A stretch of DNA of 64,000 nt from positions 216,862 to 280,861 of the forward strand of contig CAVXNF010000001.1 in the NCBI GenBank assembly GCA_963763075.1, given 5' to 3'. Shown one piece after another: positions 1 to 14,535 of this stretch. How positions within the stretch are numbered: position 1 is the first letter of the stretch; each line of letters begins with the position of its first letter. The notes beneath the pieces are model-generated. The model had not been told where the DNA came from. It saw only the letters and a program-made list of their open reading frames with translations, and made no database searches. The position numbers and the translations under genes were made by a program. This DNA comes from an uncultured Chloroflexia bacterium (GTDB taxonomy: Bacteria; Chloroflexota; Limnocylindria; Limnocylindrales; CSP1-4).

Positions 1-47
1 GGATGCTGCGGCACATGGCAGGCAGGGTACGGAGTGCGTGTCCTCGC

Positions 48-917
48 TCAGTCGCCGACCGCCCCGGCGAGCGCGCCCCGCAGCAAGGCACGCTGGAGGA
101 CGATGAACAGGACGACGACGGGCACGGTCATCAGGAGCGCGTGGGCGGCGGTCAGGCCCCAGTTGGCGGAGTAGAAGCCCGTCTGGGCCTCGGCCAGCAC
201 CATCGCGAGGGTGACGTTGTCGTCGGAGGTGATGAACAGCCAGGCGAGCGCGAACTCGGTGTAGGCGAGCAGGAAGGCGACCAGGGCCGCGACCAGCAGC
301 GACGGCATCGCGATCGGCAGCGTGATCCTGCGGAAGGCGGTGAACCGGGACGCGCCGTCGACGAAGGCCGCCTCCTCGAGATCCACGGGGGTCGCCCGGA
401 ACGCGGCCCGCATCAGCCAGAGGCGAGCGGCAACGAGAACGATGCATACATGATCGAGAGCGCGAGCGTCGAGTCCCGGAACCCCAACTCCTTGAGCGCC
501 GGGACGTTGAGCTCGAACGCGATGAACAGGATGAACAGCGGCAGGCGAGCGCGACCGGCGGCAGGAACACGCCGAGCAGGACGGCGAGGAGCCCGACCTC
601 GCGGCCCGGGAAGCGGAGCCGGGCGAACGCGTAGGCCATGGACGCGCCGAACACGAGCGCGACGGCGGCCGACGACCCGGAGACGAGCAGGCTGTTGCGC
701 AGCAGGCCCAAGTAGTCGAGCACCGGTCGGGCCGAGAACGCGTCGCCGAACCGGTCGAGGGTCGGCTTGACGGGGATCGGGTGAAAGCCCGAGGGTAGCC
801 GGCAACGAGCTGTCGGTCGCCATCAGGTCAGGACCCAGATCGGCACCAGGACGAAGCGCCGACGGCACGAGGAACGCCTGGCGGAGGAGCTGGCCGGGGA
901 GCGGCGAGCCGGCTCAT
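48..917 (-). CDS. Carbohydrate ABC transporter permease (MalG/CUT1 type), frameshifted
   Basis: EAA loop 'DLEEAAFVDGASRFTAFRRITLP' and 'AYTEFALA..TLAMVL' in ORF 48..413. N-terminal parts lie in other frames; ATG at 917 overlaps the end of the upstream gene. Confidence 0.8.
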
Positions 918-3087
918 CGCGAACGCCACCCGCTCCGCGCGCTGCCGCCAGCGCAGGAACCAGGCGACCACGATGGCCAGCGCGACGAGGGTGACGACGT
1001 TGATCGCCGCGCTGACGGAGAAGAGGCCGGGCCCTGACCCTCGAGTGAACAGCGAGTAGCTGAACGTCGACAGCGTCGTCGTGTGGTCGTTCGGCCCCAG
1101 CACCCAGAACAGGTAGAACTGGTTGAACGTGGCGACCCCCCGGACGACGAACGCGGCCGGCAGCAGCGGCAGCAGCAGCGGCAGCGTCACCTGCGCGAAC
1201 GGCGCGCCAGCGCGACGCCCCCTCGAGCGCGGCGGCCTCGCCGACCGAGCGAGGGATCGTCCGCAGCCCGGCGGTCGCGACCAGCATCCACAGCGGGCAG
1301 CCCATCCACGTCGCGGCGAGCAGCAGGACCAGGAGCGACAGCTCCGGGCTGACGCGCCACGGCACCGCGATCCCGATGAGCTGGGCGAGCAGGCCCTGCT
1401 GCGGGTGGGCGATGTCCATCCACGCGATCGCGCCCACGGCCTCCGGGATCGCCCACGGCAGGATGAACAGGATCCGCCACGCGTTCGCGAACCGGACGCC
1501 CGGCCGCTCGAGCACGAGCGCGACCGAGATGCCCACCACCGCCTGGAGGCGACCGAGAGCACCATCCAGATGATCGAGAAGGTGATCACCGCGGCCGAGT
1601 GTTCTCGCCGAGCCAGAACCCCTGCCGGAAGCCGGTGAGCAGGTCCGCGCCGACGTAGACGACTCCCGCGCCGCCCCGTCGAAGTCGAACGGGACAGCCG
1701 GGATCCGGCCGGCGAGCCCGCCGAGGGCCTCCCGGATGACGCCGCCCTGGAGCCCATCGCGGAGGTTGCGAGCCGGAGGTCCGTGAGCGACAGGAGGAAC
1801 TCGTACGCGATCGGGATCGCCGCCAGGACCGCAAGGCCGACGACGCCCGGGAGGAGCCACGGCGAGCGCGTGGCGGAGGTCGCGGAGGCTGCCGCGGACC
1901 CCGCGCGGACGGGGCCGCCGCGGGTCGCGACGGGGTCGAAGACCCGCGAGCCGGGCGCGCGCGGCAGGAGCAGCGATCCGGCCCGAGGCCCGCCGCGAGG
2001 CGACAGCGGCGCCGACACGACGAGCACGTACTGCGGCCACTTCGTCGGCCACACGAGCAGGAACGCGAGCCCGATGACGAGCCACAGCGCGAACGCCGCT
2101 GCTCCCGCCACAGCCGCCGAGCCCGACGAGCGCGAGCGCCGGTGATGACGAGGTCAGCGGTGACGATGAAGGTGCCCGCGTCGTGGAACGGCACCGAGCC
2201 CATCAGCCAGACGAGCGGCTGCCAGGACGGCCAGCCAGTCTCCTGGACGGCGGCGCTCGTCGCGTAGCCGCCGTGGTAGCCGATCGATTACGCGAGCCGG
2301 CCGACCGGGTCGGGCCACAGGTACGGATCCGCGGCGAGGAACGCGACCGCGCCGATCGCGAGCCAGCCGGCGACCGGGGCGAGCCACCGGGCGACGCCGC
2401 GGGCCGTCCGCGGGCGCCGTCGGCCTGGTGTCGCGCGCGTCCGCCACAGCCAGTCGACGACGATCGCGAGGCCCGCGACGCCGTAGAGGTACTTGCTCGC
2501 GCAGGCGATCCCGAACGCGACGGCGGCCGCGACGAGCCACGCGCGCTCCGGCGCCGCGCAGCGTCCGTGCCGCCACGCCCGCGACGCGCACACGACGCCA
2601 GCAGCGCGAGGAACGCCGGGACCGACTCGAGCATGACCTGGCTCGTGTACTTGATGGTCCAGGTGTGGACGGCCAGGGACAGCCCGCCGAGCGGTGACAC
2701 GAGCGCGAGCAGCACGGCCGAGCGACGCCGAACACCGCGTTGGCGAGCCGCGCGACGGTCAGCTGCGGCTCGGGCAGGCCGTCCGCCGGCGGCGCGGTCG
2801 TCGGGCGGTCGGGGATCTCGGGCGCGGCGGGAGCGGCGCGATCGCGAGGCCAGTGGCGACCTTCGTGAGCGGCGGGTGCTCGGGCCGGTAGTTGTCGCGG
2901 ATGACGACGCCCGGGTCGCCCTCCTGGAGGCCGGTCGCGATCTGCTGGCCGGCCCGCAGGTAGTCGTCCTCGTCGAAGTCGATCGGCAGGCGCTCGACCG
3001 CGATCAGGCGGGCCGAGAGGGCGACGAGCGCGACGAGGACGATCGCGGCCCCGGTCACGAGGCGGCGGGTGACGGTCGCCGGTCCAT
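914..3087 (-). CDS. Probable fusion of a GT-C (ArnT/PMT-like) glycosyltransferase domain and a MalF-type ABC permease; many frameshifts, ends approximate
   Basis: N-terminal part: TM then 'PIDFDEDDY..NYRPEHPPLTK', 'MLESVP', 'ASKYLYG', 'PYLWPDP', 'WPTKWPQY'. C-terminal part: 'LFILPWAIP', 'GLRTIPRSVGEAAALEGASRW', 'FNQFYL'. Confidence 0.6.
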
Positions 3088-3463
3088 CCCCCGGAGAGTA
3101 GCCCCCGGCCGACCTGCACCGCGAGAGCGTGATCGCGCCGGCGATCACGGCGGTCGCGGCCAGCGCGCCGACGTGGAGCCGGGCCCGGCGCGGACCCGTG
3201 GCCGCGGCACGACGACGGAGGACGTCATGGACGAGGACTGATCGGAACCGAGGACGCGGGCACCGGCTTCGGCCTCGAACCGACTCGAGCCCGCCACGAG
3301 GATCGCCAAGCGGCCCAAGGGACGCGTCCTGACGGCGATTGGACCCTCATCCATTCGAGCTGGGACGACCGCCGCGCGCGGACCGCCAGGCGTTCCGGAT
3401 GGCGGCGGCACGCTCTCGTTTTAATCGCTGGATTGGGCACCGGGGGCGGGCGCAGAACGGACT

Positions 3464-4006
3464 TCAGCCCAGCTCGATCCCCCGTGCGCCGAGCCCGTCG
3501 AGGATCGCGTCGGCAACCGCCTCGGGCGCGCGGTCGTCGGTCGCGACGATGACCGGGTCGAGCGACCGAAAGGCCGGGTCCCGCTCCCGCGCCTGGCGCG
3601 CCAGGAACGCGCGGGGATCGTCGCCGTACCACGGCCGATGGGTGCCGGAGGTGAACCGCTTCGCCTCGGTCGCGGGGGAGACCGTGAGCCACGCCACGGC
3701 GACGCCGTCGCCCCGGAGCGCCGAGCGGCAATCCTCGCGGTCGACGACCGATGCCGCCGCGCCCACGACGTCCGGCCCGGCGTCGGCCAGCGCCCGCAGC
3801 AGCGCCTGCGCCTCGAGGTCGTGCATCGGGTCCGTCCCGAGCTCGTCGCGGAGCTCGCGCACGGATCGGCCGGTCAGGGCCTCGATCTCCTCGTCCGAGT
3901 CGCGCAGGGGCCAGCCGAGCCTCGCCGCGAGGATGCGCCCCGTCGTCGTCTTGCCCGTCCCCATCAGCCCGACGAGCACGAGGTGGCGCGCGGTGAGATC
4001 GGCCAT
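3464..4006 (-). CDS. aroK: Shikimate kinase family protein
   Basis: P-loop 'GLMGTGKTTTGR', 'DSDEEIE..G', 'HRP'. The canonical GGG motif is replaced by AAS, so the substrate is not certain. Confidence 0.7.
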   Translation of the reverse strand: MADLTARHLVLVGLMGTGKTTTGRILAARLGWPLRDSDEEIEALTGRSVRELRDELGTDPMHDLEAQALLRALADAGPDVVGAAASVVDREDCRSALRGDGVAVAWLTVSPATEAKRFTSGTHRPWYGDDPRAFLARQARERDPAFRSLDPVIVATDDRAPEAVADAILDGLGARGIELG

Positions 4007-4096
4007 GTGCGCAGTGTGGCGCGGCCGGCCGCCGGCCGCGCCGTATGCTCGCCGTGGCGCGGCCCCGAGCGCTCGCCGCCCGTTGTCAGCGGCGGG

Positions 4097-4693
4097 TCAG
4101 CCGCCGAGCTTCCACTCGATCGTGCCGGTGAAGCAGTGGTCGAGCAGCGTGCACAGGCCCTTGCTCAGGTCCCACGTCCGGCCGGCGACGAACGGCCCGC
4201 GGTCGATCACGGGGGCGCTCACGATCTTGCCGTTGTAGCGGAAGGTGACCATGGTCCCGCACGGCAGCGTCTTGTGCGCGACGCCCACCAGCTCCGGGGT
4301 CATCTTCTGCCCGCACGCGGTGCCGTTGCCGTAGAGGCCGGGCCCGTACCAGCTGATGTCGGGGTCGAAGCGCCAGTAGTTCTTCTCGATCGAGCCCCGC
4401 GGGGCGGCGGGCTGGCGGACGTCCGGGCGGCCGGTCGAGGACGCGTCGCGGCCGGGCTCGACGAACGCCGAATCGGGCGCCACCGTCGAGGTGGAGCCCG
4501 CCGCCGTGTCGGCTTCGTGGGTCGACGACGCCGACAGGGACCCTGCGGCCAGGCCGATCGAGACGGCGCTGAGCTGCGCCGGATCGACTGGCCGGTCGGG
4601 GCTCGGTGCTCGGGAGCCCGCGGGTGCCGGTACGGCGACCAGGGCGGACGCGGCCATGAGAGCCGCGAACGCGACGACGAGTCTGGTTCGCAC
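4097..4693 (-). CDS. Secreted RlpA-like (DPBB) lytic transglycosylase
   Basis: Signal peptide, then 'SWYGPG..G..TACG', 'AHKTLPCGT', 'VIDRGPF..GRTWDLS'. Confidence 0.85.
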   Translation of the reverse strand: MRTRLVVAFAALMAASALVAVPAPAGSRAPSPDRPVDPAQLSAVSIGLAAGSLSASSTHEADTAAGSTSTVAPDSAFVEPGRDASSTGRPDVRQPAAPRGSIEKNYWRFDPDISWYGPGLYGNGTACGQKMTPELVGVAHKTLPCGTMVTFRYNGKIVSAPVIDRGPFVAGRTWDLSKGLCTLLDHCFTGTIEWKLGG

Positions 4694-4761
4694 GAGCCGC
4701 CAGCCTACCGGAGCGTGTCAACGCGGGCGATGCACGGACGCACCGCGCTACGCTCAGCCGC

Positions 4762-5737
4762 GTGACGAACGAGGGTGCGGTACGGACGGCCGGCGTGGCC
4801 GACGCCGAGACATTCGTGGCGATCCCCGCCCCGTACGACCTCGCCCGGACGCTCTCGACGCACCGCCGCGGGTCGGGCGATCCGGCGCACCGGGTCGAGG
4901 CGTCGGGCGCGGTGTGGCGCGCGACGAGGACGGCCGACGGCCCGGTGACCCTGTTCCTCCAGCCGGCGGTCGGCGGCGTCCGGGTGCGGGCGTGGGGGCC
5001 GGGCGCGGCTCTCGCGGTGGAGGCCGCGCCGGCGCTGCTCGGCGCGGAGGACGACCCGACGGCGCTCGTCCCGCAGCACCCGGCCGTCGCCGAGGGCGCC
5101 CGACGCGGACGCGGGATCCGGATCGGGCGATCCGGCGCGGTCTGGGAGGCGCTCGTCCCGGCGATCCTCGAGCAGAAGATCACCGGCGAGGAGGCGCGGC
5201 GCACGTACCGGGCCCTCGTGCGCGCGTACGGCGAGGACGCGCCCGGGCCGCCGGGCCTGCGCCTGCCGCCGACGCCCGAGACGCTGGCGCCGCTCCCCTA
5301 CCACGCGTTCCATCCGCTGGGGCTGGAACGCCGTCGCGCGGAGCTCATCCGGGTCGTTGCGCGCGAGGCGCCGCGGCTGGAGCGGCACGCGATCGCGGTC
5401 GCGACGGCGTCGCACGGGGAGGCGCGCGCGGCAGCCCTGGCCTCGGCCTACGACGCGCTCCGGGCGTTCCCGGGGATCGGCCCGTGGACCGCGGCCGAGG
5501 TCGGGTTCCGGGCGTTCGGCGATGCGGACGCGGTGAGCGTGGGCGACTTCCACATCCCGAACATGGTGTGCTGGGCGCTCGCGCGCGAGCCACGCGGCAC
5601 GGACGAGCGGATGCTCGAGCTCCTCGAGCCGTACCGGGGCCAGCGGGCGCGGGTGACGCGCTACCTGGAGCTCGCCGGGATCGCGGCGCCCGCGCTACGG
5701 TCCGCGGCTGGCGTCGCGCCGCATCGCGGACATCTAG
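4762..5737 (+). CDS. DNA-3-methyladenine glycosylase (AlkA/HhH-GPD family)
   Basis: 'ILEQK', HhH 'FPGIGPWTA', 'DAVSVGDFHI'. The true stop is probably TAG 5735-5737 after an indel near 5690. Confidence 0.8.
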
Positions 5738-6963
5738 CCGGCCGCGGCGGGCGTCTCCTCGCGCATCCCCCATGGCGACCCGTACTCGACGAGCAGGTCG
5801 AGGAACGGCACCGGCGCGAACGCCTCGGGCCCCAGCACCCCGGCGCCGCTCCACGTCCCGCGCGCGAGCAGCTCCAGCGCCACGATCGGGTTGATCGCCG
5901 TCTGCCACACGACCGCCTGCGAGCCGTACTCGGCCATCGTCGTCGCGTTGTCGACCACGTGGTAGAGGTAGACCTGCCGCGGCTGTCCGTCCTTGCCCAG
6001 CCCGGTGACCCACGTCCCGGCGCACGTCTTGCCGTGCATCCGGTCGCCGAGGCCGGCCGGGTCCGGCAGGCACGCCGCCACGACGTCCCGCGGCGAGACC
6101 TCGACCCCCTTGACCCGCACCGGCGTCGTCGAGTCGAGGCCCAGCTTGTGGAGCGTCCGCAGGACCTCGATGAACTCGTTGCCCAGGCCGTACTTGAACG
6201 TGACCCGCTTGGCGTCCACCCAGCGCGGGATGAGGAGGACTTCCTCGTGCTCGACGTTCACGCACTCGACCGGCCCGATGCCCTCCGGGAAGTCGAACAC
6301 CTCGGGCTCGCTGAACGGCGGCGTCGTGAACCACCGCCCGTCCTCCCAGATGACCGGCGGGTTGAGGCACTCCTCGATCGTCGTCCAGATCGAGAACGAG
6401 GGCGCGAACTCGTAGCCGTCGACGGTGAGGTTCGCCCCGTCGCGCACGCCGGCCTCGTGGATCTCGCTGAACAGCTCGTCCTGCGCATAGCGCGCGAAGA
6501 CGTCGGACAGCCCGGGCTCCACGCCGATGCCGACCAAGGCCAACTGGCCGCGTGCCTCCCATTCGCCCGCCACGGCGAACTGCGCGTCGCCCAGCTTCTC
6601 GCCGGGCAGCTCGTGCGGCCGCTCGGGGTGCGGGCGGGACAGCGACATCGCCATGTCGAGGTAGGTGACGCCCGCCTCGAAGCAGGCATCGAAGATCGGC
6701 ATCACGAACCGCGGGTCGACCGCGTTGAGGACATGGCTGATCCGGTGCTCGCGGATGAGCGCGACGATCGCCGCGCGATCCGATGCGTCCACGCGCGCAC
6801 CCGAGAACCGGGCGTCGCCCTCGACCTGGGCGAGCGCCGCCGTCACCCGGGCGGGGTCGTAGTCCGCGACCACGAGGTGCTCGAAGAACGCTCGCCGGTC
6901 CGCGATCCCCACCGCGGCGCTGCCGACGCCACCCGCGCCGATGACCAGGATCCGCATGCCCAA
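5734..6963 (-). CDS. Saccharopine dehydrogenase / carboxynorspermidine dehydrogenase family oxidoreductase
   Basis: Rossmann 'GAGGVG', 'YLDMA', 'GIGVEPG', 'EHEEV'; intact 409 aa ORF. Confidence 0.85.
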   Translation of the reverse strand: MGMRILVIGAGGVGSAAVGIADRRAFFEHLVVADYDPARVTAALAQVEGDARFSGARVDASDRAAIVALIREHRISHVLNAVDPRFVMPIFDACFEAGVTYLDMAMSLSRPHPERPHELPGEKLGDAQFAVAGEWEARGQLALVGIGVEPGLSDVFARYAQDELFSEIHEAGVRDGANLTVDGYEFAPSFSIWTTIEECLNPPVIWEDGRWFTTPPFSEPEVFDFPEGIGPVECVNVEHEEVLLIPRWVDAKRVTFKYGLGNEFIEVLRTLHKLGLDSTTPVRVKGVEVSPRDVVAACLPDPAGLGDRMHGKTCAGTWVTGLGKDGQPRQVYLYHVVDNATTMAEYGSQAVVWQTAINPIVALELLARGTWSGAGVLGPEAFAPVPFLDLLVEYGSPWGMREETPAAAG

Positions 6964-7028
6964 GGCCAGTCCTCACCCGCGATGGCCGACGAGCGTCGGC
7001 GCCCGGGCGAGATGATCGCAGACACAGG

Positions 7029-7063
7029 ACGACCCCGACCCGGTCTGGACGGGTCAGGGTCGT
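7029..7063 (-). terminator. Hairpin (14-bp stem, one G-U on the minus strand), likely terminator
   Basis: acgaccccgacccg/cgggtcagggtcgt, downstream of the 7150-7986 minus-strand genes. Confidence 0.5.
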
Positions 7064-7149
7064 GTGCGAGGTTCCGCGGGAGGAAGCGCGGGCCCCCGGT
7101 ACCAGTCAGTTCGCTGCGTGCGATGGATCGGATCACCGGATCCGGCGCG

Positions 7150-7251
7150 TCACCCGTTGCGCCGGGACCGGACGAGGAGGTTGTCGATCGAGAAGCCGGC
7201 CATCACGACGACGCTGGCGACCAGGAGGAGGATCGTCGAGGCGTCAGTCAT
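7150..7251 (-). CDS. 33-aa single-TM small protein (not in ORF track)
   Basis: MTDASTILLLVASVVVMAGFSIDNLLVRSRRNG*; its start overlaps the stop of 7244..7477 (ATGACTGA). Confidence 0.55.
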   Translation of the reverse strand: MTDASTILLLVASVVVMAGFSIDNLLVRSRRNG

Positions 7252-7477
7252 CGTGCGGGGCTCCATCGGGTGCGGGCTCGTCGAGGGTGGACTCGTCGTC
7301 GCGACCCGGGAGGTCCCGGAGCAGCGCGATCAGCTCGTCGCCGTCCCTGAACGCCGCGGCTCGACCTGTTCCCACGTGCCGTGCGACGCCTCGAGGGCTG
7401 TCGCCGGTGTCAGCGGCATGGTCGGCCGGGCTCCAGAGCCGGATCACGAAGGTGTCCACGGGATACAGCATCGCCAT
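7244..7477 (-). CDS. Small hypothetical protein
   Basis: 'TFVIRLW..RGVARHVGTG..AFRD..ELIALLR'; GC3-rich codons and an upstream AAGGA RBS. Confidence 0.65.
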   Translation of the reverse strand: MAMLYPVDTFVIRLWSPADHAADTGDSPRGVARHVGTGRAAAFRDGDELIALLRDLPGRDDESTLDEPAPDGAPHDD

Positions 7478-7515
7478 CGTCCTTCAGGTGCTCTTAAAGC
7501 GATCGGGACGGGCTG

Positions 7516-7986
7516 TCAGGAGAGCGCCACGCCGGCTTCGCCGTCGTAGCAGAAGGCCAGGAACGCGCCGGCGCAGGCGATCGACGGCAGCTCGAGGCGG
7601 CCCATCAGCCCGCCGCCACCGATGACCCGGGCGCCGCAGCCGTCATGGAGGACGACGAGGGCCACGAGCCGGTCGGAGCTCCACTCCACGACGTGCGGGT
7701 CGCGGGCCGAGACGGTGCGGATCGTGAGCTCGATCTCGCCGTCGCTGACCGATGCCTGGACGAGCCCGTCCAGCTCGACCTTCACGCGCCGGCGGACGAC
7801 GTGCCGCAGGCGCCGCAGGAGGCGTGCGTCGCCGGTCGGCGCGAGGGCCGCGAGCGGCCGGGCGGTCGGGAACGCGGCGGGCTCCCCGATGTCGGTCAGG
7901 TGCATCGCCGGCGAGGCGAGGCGGGCGGCGCGTGCCCGGCGGAAGAAGGGGCGGAAGCCGGTTCGGAGGTCGTCGTAGGCGAGCAT
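7516..7986 (-). CDS. Hypothetical protein
   Basis: 156 aa ORF with AAGGA RBS and protein-like composition. Confidence 0.55.
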   Translation of the reverse strand: MLAYDDLRTGFRPFFRRARAARLASPAMHLTDIGEPAAFPTARPLAALAPTGDARLLRRLRHVVRRRVKVELDGLVQASVSDGEIELTIRTVSARDPHVVEWSSDRLVALVVLHDGCGARVIGGGGLMGRLELPSIACAGAFLAFCYDGEAGVALS

Positions 7987-8119
7987 CGGGTGGTGTCCTT
8001 CAGGCGGGCGGTCCGGGGATCCGGGCCGCTGGGTGGCGGTGCTGTTGACGGCATCCTCGTCCCACGCCCTTCAAGCGGCCTTAGGCCCGGCTGAAACCGG
8101 GGTTACACTCGGCGCTCCG

Positions 8120-11854
<3,735 letters not shown>

Positions 11855-11969
11855 CGAGCCGTCGTATCCTCCGCCACACGATGGAATCCGTCGCGCGCGC
11901 CCGTCGCCGCCTCGCGCCGCTCGTCGCGCTGATGCTCGCGGCCGTCGCCGCTCGGCACCGGCAGGCCCG

Positions 11970-12250
11970 CGCGCAAGCCGATGTTCGGGCTACCCGCGCG
12001 CTGTTCATCGGCGGCAACTACGCGACCGGCCTGTACGAGGAGTCGTGGGTCGTCAGCGCCTCGGGACGAGCGCAGGACCTCAAGGCGCCCTGCTCGCGGC
12101 CGGCGGCAGGCCGTTCCAGCCCGATGCCCGGCCGCTCGATGAAGGGCTGGGGCGCGCTGCCGCCGGCGGTCGTCGCCGACGACGCGGCGCTCGACGGCTG
12201 GCTCGCGCGCGCATTCGCCTTCGCGGGATCGCTCCGCCCGAAGGGCTGCC
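11970..12250 (+). CDS. TfoX/Sxy N-terminal-like protein fragment (damaged; ends approximate)
   Basis: 'KPMFG', 'ALFIGGN', 'PMPGRSMKGW..LPP..DDAALDGWLARAFAFA', spread over several frames. Confidence 0.55.
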
Positions 12251-12441
12251 GCACGGCCATCGCGAATCAAGGCCGGCCGGGCTGTCGTGCGCTCCGCACC
12301 CGGCGGTTCTACGGTCGCACGCTGCGACGTTCCGATCGCTTGGCGATCGGGCGTGGCGCCGCGTACGTCCGCGATGCGATCCGTCACGCGCCCGGCGACC
12401 ACATCGTGGCGTCGTGCGACCGGACGCCCGCTGGGCGACCC

Positions 12442-13000
12442 TCAGGCGTTGCGGCGGACCAGGAACCAGCCGAGCAGCACCAGCGCGATGCCGAGCATCG
12501 CGATCCCGGCCAGCGAGACAGCGTCGATGAGGGCCGCGCCGAGTCGCGCTCGCAGCTCCAGCCGGTCGACGCCCGTGATCGTGAGGATGGCGCCGACGGC
12601 GAGCAGCCACGAGGCGACGCGGGGCGCGCGGCCGAAGCGCGAACGGCCACGATCCCGAGCCACGCCGCGCGCCAGCCACATCGCGATCGCGATCCAGAAG
12701 CCCACGCAGCCCGAAGTCGCCCGCGAACGGCCGCTCGACGCCCTGCGCCGCGAGCAGCCAGACGCGCGAACGCGCCGGTTGCGGCGATGACGGGAACGCT
12801 GCCCGCGATCGCCAGCCGCGGATCCCGGGGCGCGTGGACCGTCCACAGGCCGGCGCCGGTCGCGGCGAGCCCCGCAGCGAACAGCGAGCAGGCGGATCGT
12901 GTTGGCGTCCTGCCTCGATGCGGGACGACGAACGCGGCGAGCAGCACGACGCCGCCGACGAATCCCAGGACGCCCGCGGCGCGGACGGCACGGCGACGGG
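12442..13000 (-). CDS. Multi-pass membrane protein, frameshifted; start unclear
   Basis: Successive hydrophobic helices across frames, ending 'GIAMLGIALVLLGWFLVRRNA*'. Confidence 0.5.
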
Positions 13001-13024
13001 AGCGCCCGGCCCGGGGCGACGATG

Positions 13025-13064
13025 GGCCGGCGGGCGGGCGGAGGCGACACCCCGCCCGCCGGCC
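13025..13064. terminator. Perfect 14-bp inverted repeat, likely terminator
   Basis: ggccggcgggcggg / cccgcccgccggcc immediately after the stop at 13070. Confidence 0.55.
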
Positions 13065-13069
13065 GCGGG

Positions 13070-13398
13070 TCAGTCGTTGACGATGCCATCGGGGCACAGG
13101 GCGGTCGCGGCCGGCGTGCCGGCGACGGCGATCGCGTTGTGCTCGCCCGGCACGCCCTGGTGGACAAGCACGTGGAGCGGGTGCAGCCGGTCGGCGCCGG
13201 GCGCGATGTCGACGTTCGGGTTGGCGTCGAACACGACGAGCGGGAGCTCGACCTCGTCCTCGCCGCCGTGCGCGGCGAGGAGCACGCACTCGCCGTTGCC
13301 GAGCGCCATGACGTGGCCGTGGTTGGCGGCGACCGGCGCGGCGACGAGCAGCCGCGAGGACGAGGCCGGTGGCCAGCGGCGAGGGACAGGCGGGGCAT
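13070..13398 (-). CDS. Small secreted His/Cys-containing protein
   Basis: Signal-like 'LLVAAPVAA' then 'NHGHVM..C..HPLHVLVH..C'; indel in the signal peptide. Confidence 0.55.
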
Positions 13399-14191
13399 CA
13401 CGACACTCCTTGGGGTGCGATGCGGCCGGGGTTGTCGAGGCGGATGGCGCTGACGCCGAGCGCGACCCAGCCGAGGCTGAACAGGAGGGCCCACACGCCC
13501 CGATCGCGATCGGCGCGAACGCCTCCGGGATGAACGGCAGGACGTTCATCCCGATCCCCAGCGGAACGAGGCCCAGCGACGCCACGACGAGCACGATCGC
13601 CGCTGGCCGGGACAGGGTGTGGGTGAGGTACGTCGCGACCGCGAACAGGCCCGACCCGATGATCAGCGCGGCGAGCCCCAGGAACCAGACGGCCCACGCG
13701 GACCACTGGCCGATGAACAGCCCATCGCCGACGAACACCATGCCCAGGGCACCGATGACCGCGATCACGGCCCCCATGGCAGGCAGGACGAACGCGGCCC
13801 ACACGAGCTTCGGGTAGCGGCGGGCCTGGAATGCGCTGAGCCCGGCGAGCGCGACCAGCAGCGCGGCCCCGCCGGCTGCGAACGCGAGGAGGAAGACCCC
13901 ACCCGCGTCCCCGAGTGCGGACGCGGCAGCGAGGCCGATGAAGAACAGGAAGCCGCCGAGGATCGCGGCGTACCCCCCGAGGCGGAGCGTCATGGCAAAC
14001 CCCTTGCTGTGTTCAGAGGCGGCCCCGAGGCCGCGGAGATGCAGGTGGGCGTCGAGCGCGCCGAGCAGGACGTCGGCGACGTCGAACGGGCCGAGTGGCC
14101 GTTCCTCGAGCACGCTGAGGAACTCGTCCCCGTAGCGAGCCCGCCAGCGGGCCGGATAGGCGCGGACGAGGAGCGAGGCGGCGGGGCGCAT
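13398..14191 (-). CDS. PadR-associated membrane protein
   Basis: N-terminal 'LLVRAYPARWRARYGDEF', typical of proteins downstream of PadR genes, then about 6 TM helices; late indel. Confidence 0.75.
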
Positions 14192-14198
14192 CGCGGCG

Positions 14199-14525
14199 TC
14201 AGCCCGACGACCCTTCCAGCCGCCGCAGCCCGAGCGCCGCAAAGGCGGCGAGGTCACGAAGCTGATCGGCGAGAACCGTGGCACCGAGACCACTCAGGCG
14301 ATACGGCCGGCGGCGGTCCACCGGCGGCAGCGCCTCGACGAGGCCGCGCTCCTCGAGACGGGCGAGCGCGGCGTACAGCGTCCCCGGGCCCATCGGCCGG
14401 CCGGTGCCGGCCTCCACGTCACCCATGATCGCGTAGCCGTGCTTCGGCCCGTCGCTCAGGCTGACGAGGATGAGGAGCGCAGGCTCGGCGAACCGGCCGA
14501 GCTCGGGGATCTGTGGCTGGTTCAT
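14199..14525 (-). CDS. PadR family transcriptional regulator
   Basis: 'LILVSL..PKHGYAI', 'GPGTLYAALARLEERGLV', 'RRPYRLS..G'. Confidence 0.92.
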   Translation of the reverse strand: MNQPQIPELGRFAEPALLILVSLSDGPKHGYAIMGDVEAGTGRPMGPGTLYAALARLEERGLVEALPPVDRRRPYRLSGLGATVLADQLRDLAAFAALGLRRLEGSSG

Positions 14526-14535
14526 GGGACTCCAC

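Noticed and set aside
4762-7350. 862-aa ORF as an AlkA fusion
   Set aside because: An indel near 5690 lets the frame read through the antisense of the dehydrogenase gene.
7990-8119. SAM or cobalamin riboswitch upstream of metH (also checked mmuM, ahcY and mtnA)
   Set aside because: No recognisable SAM-I/IV or B12-box core; -10-like hexamers lie close to the metH and mmuM starts.
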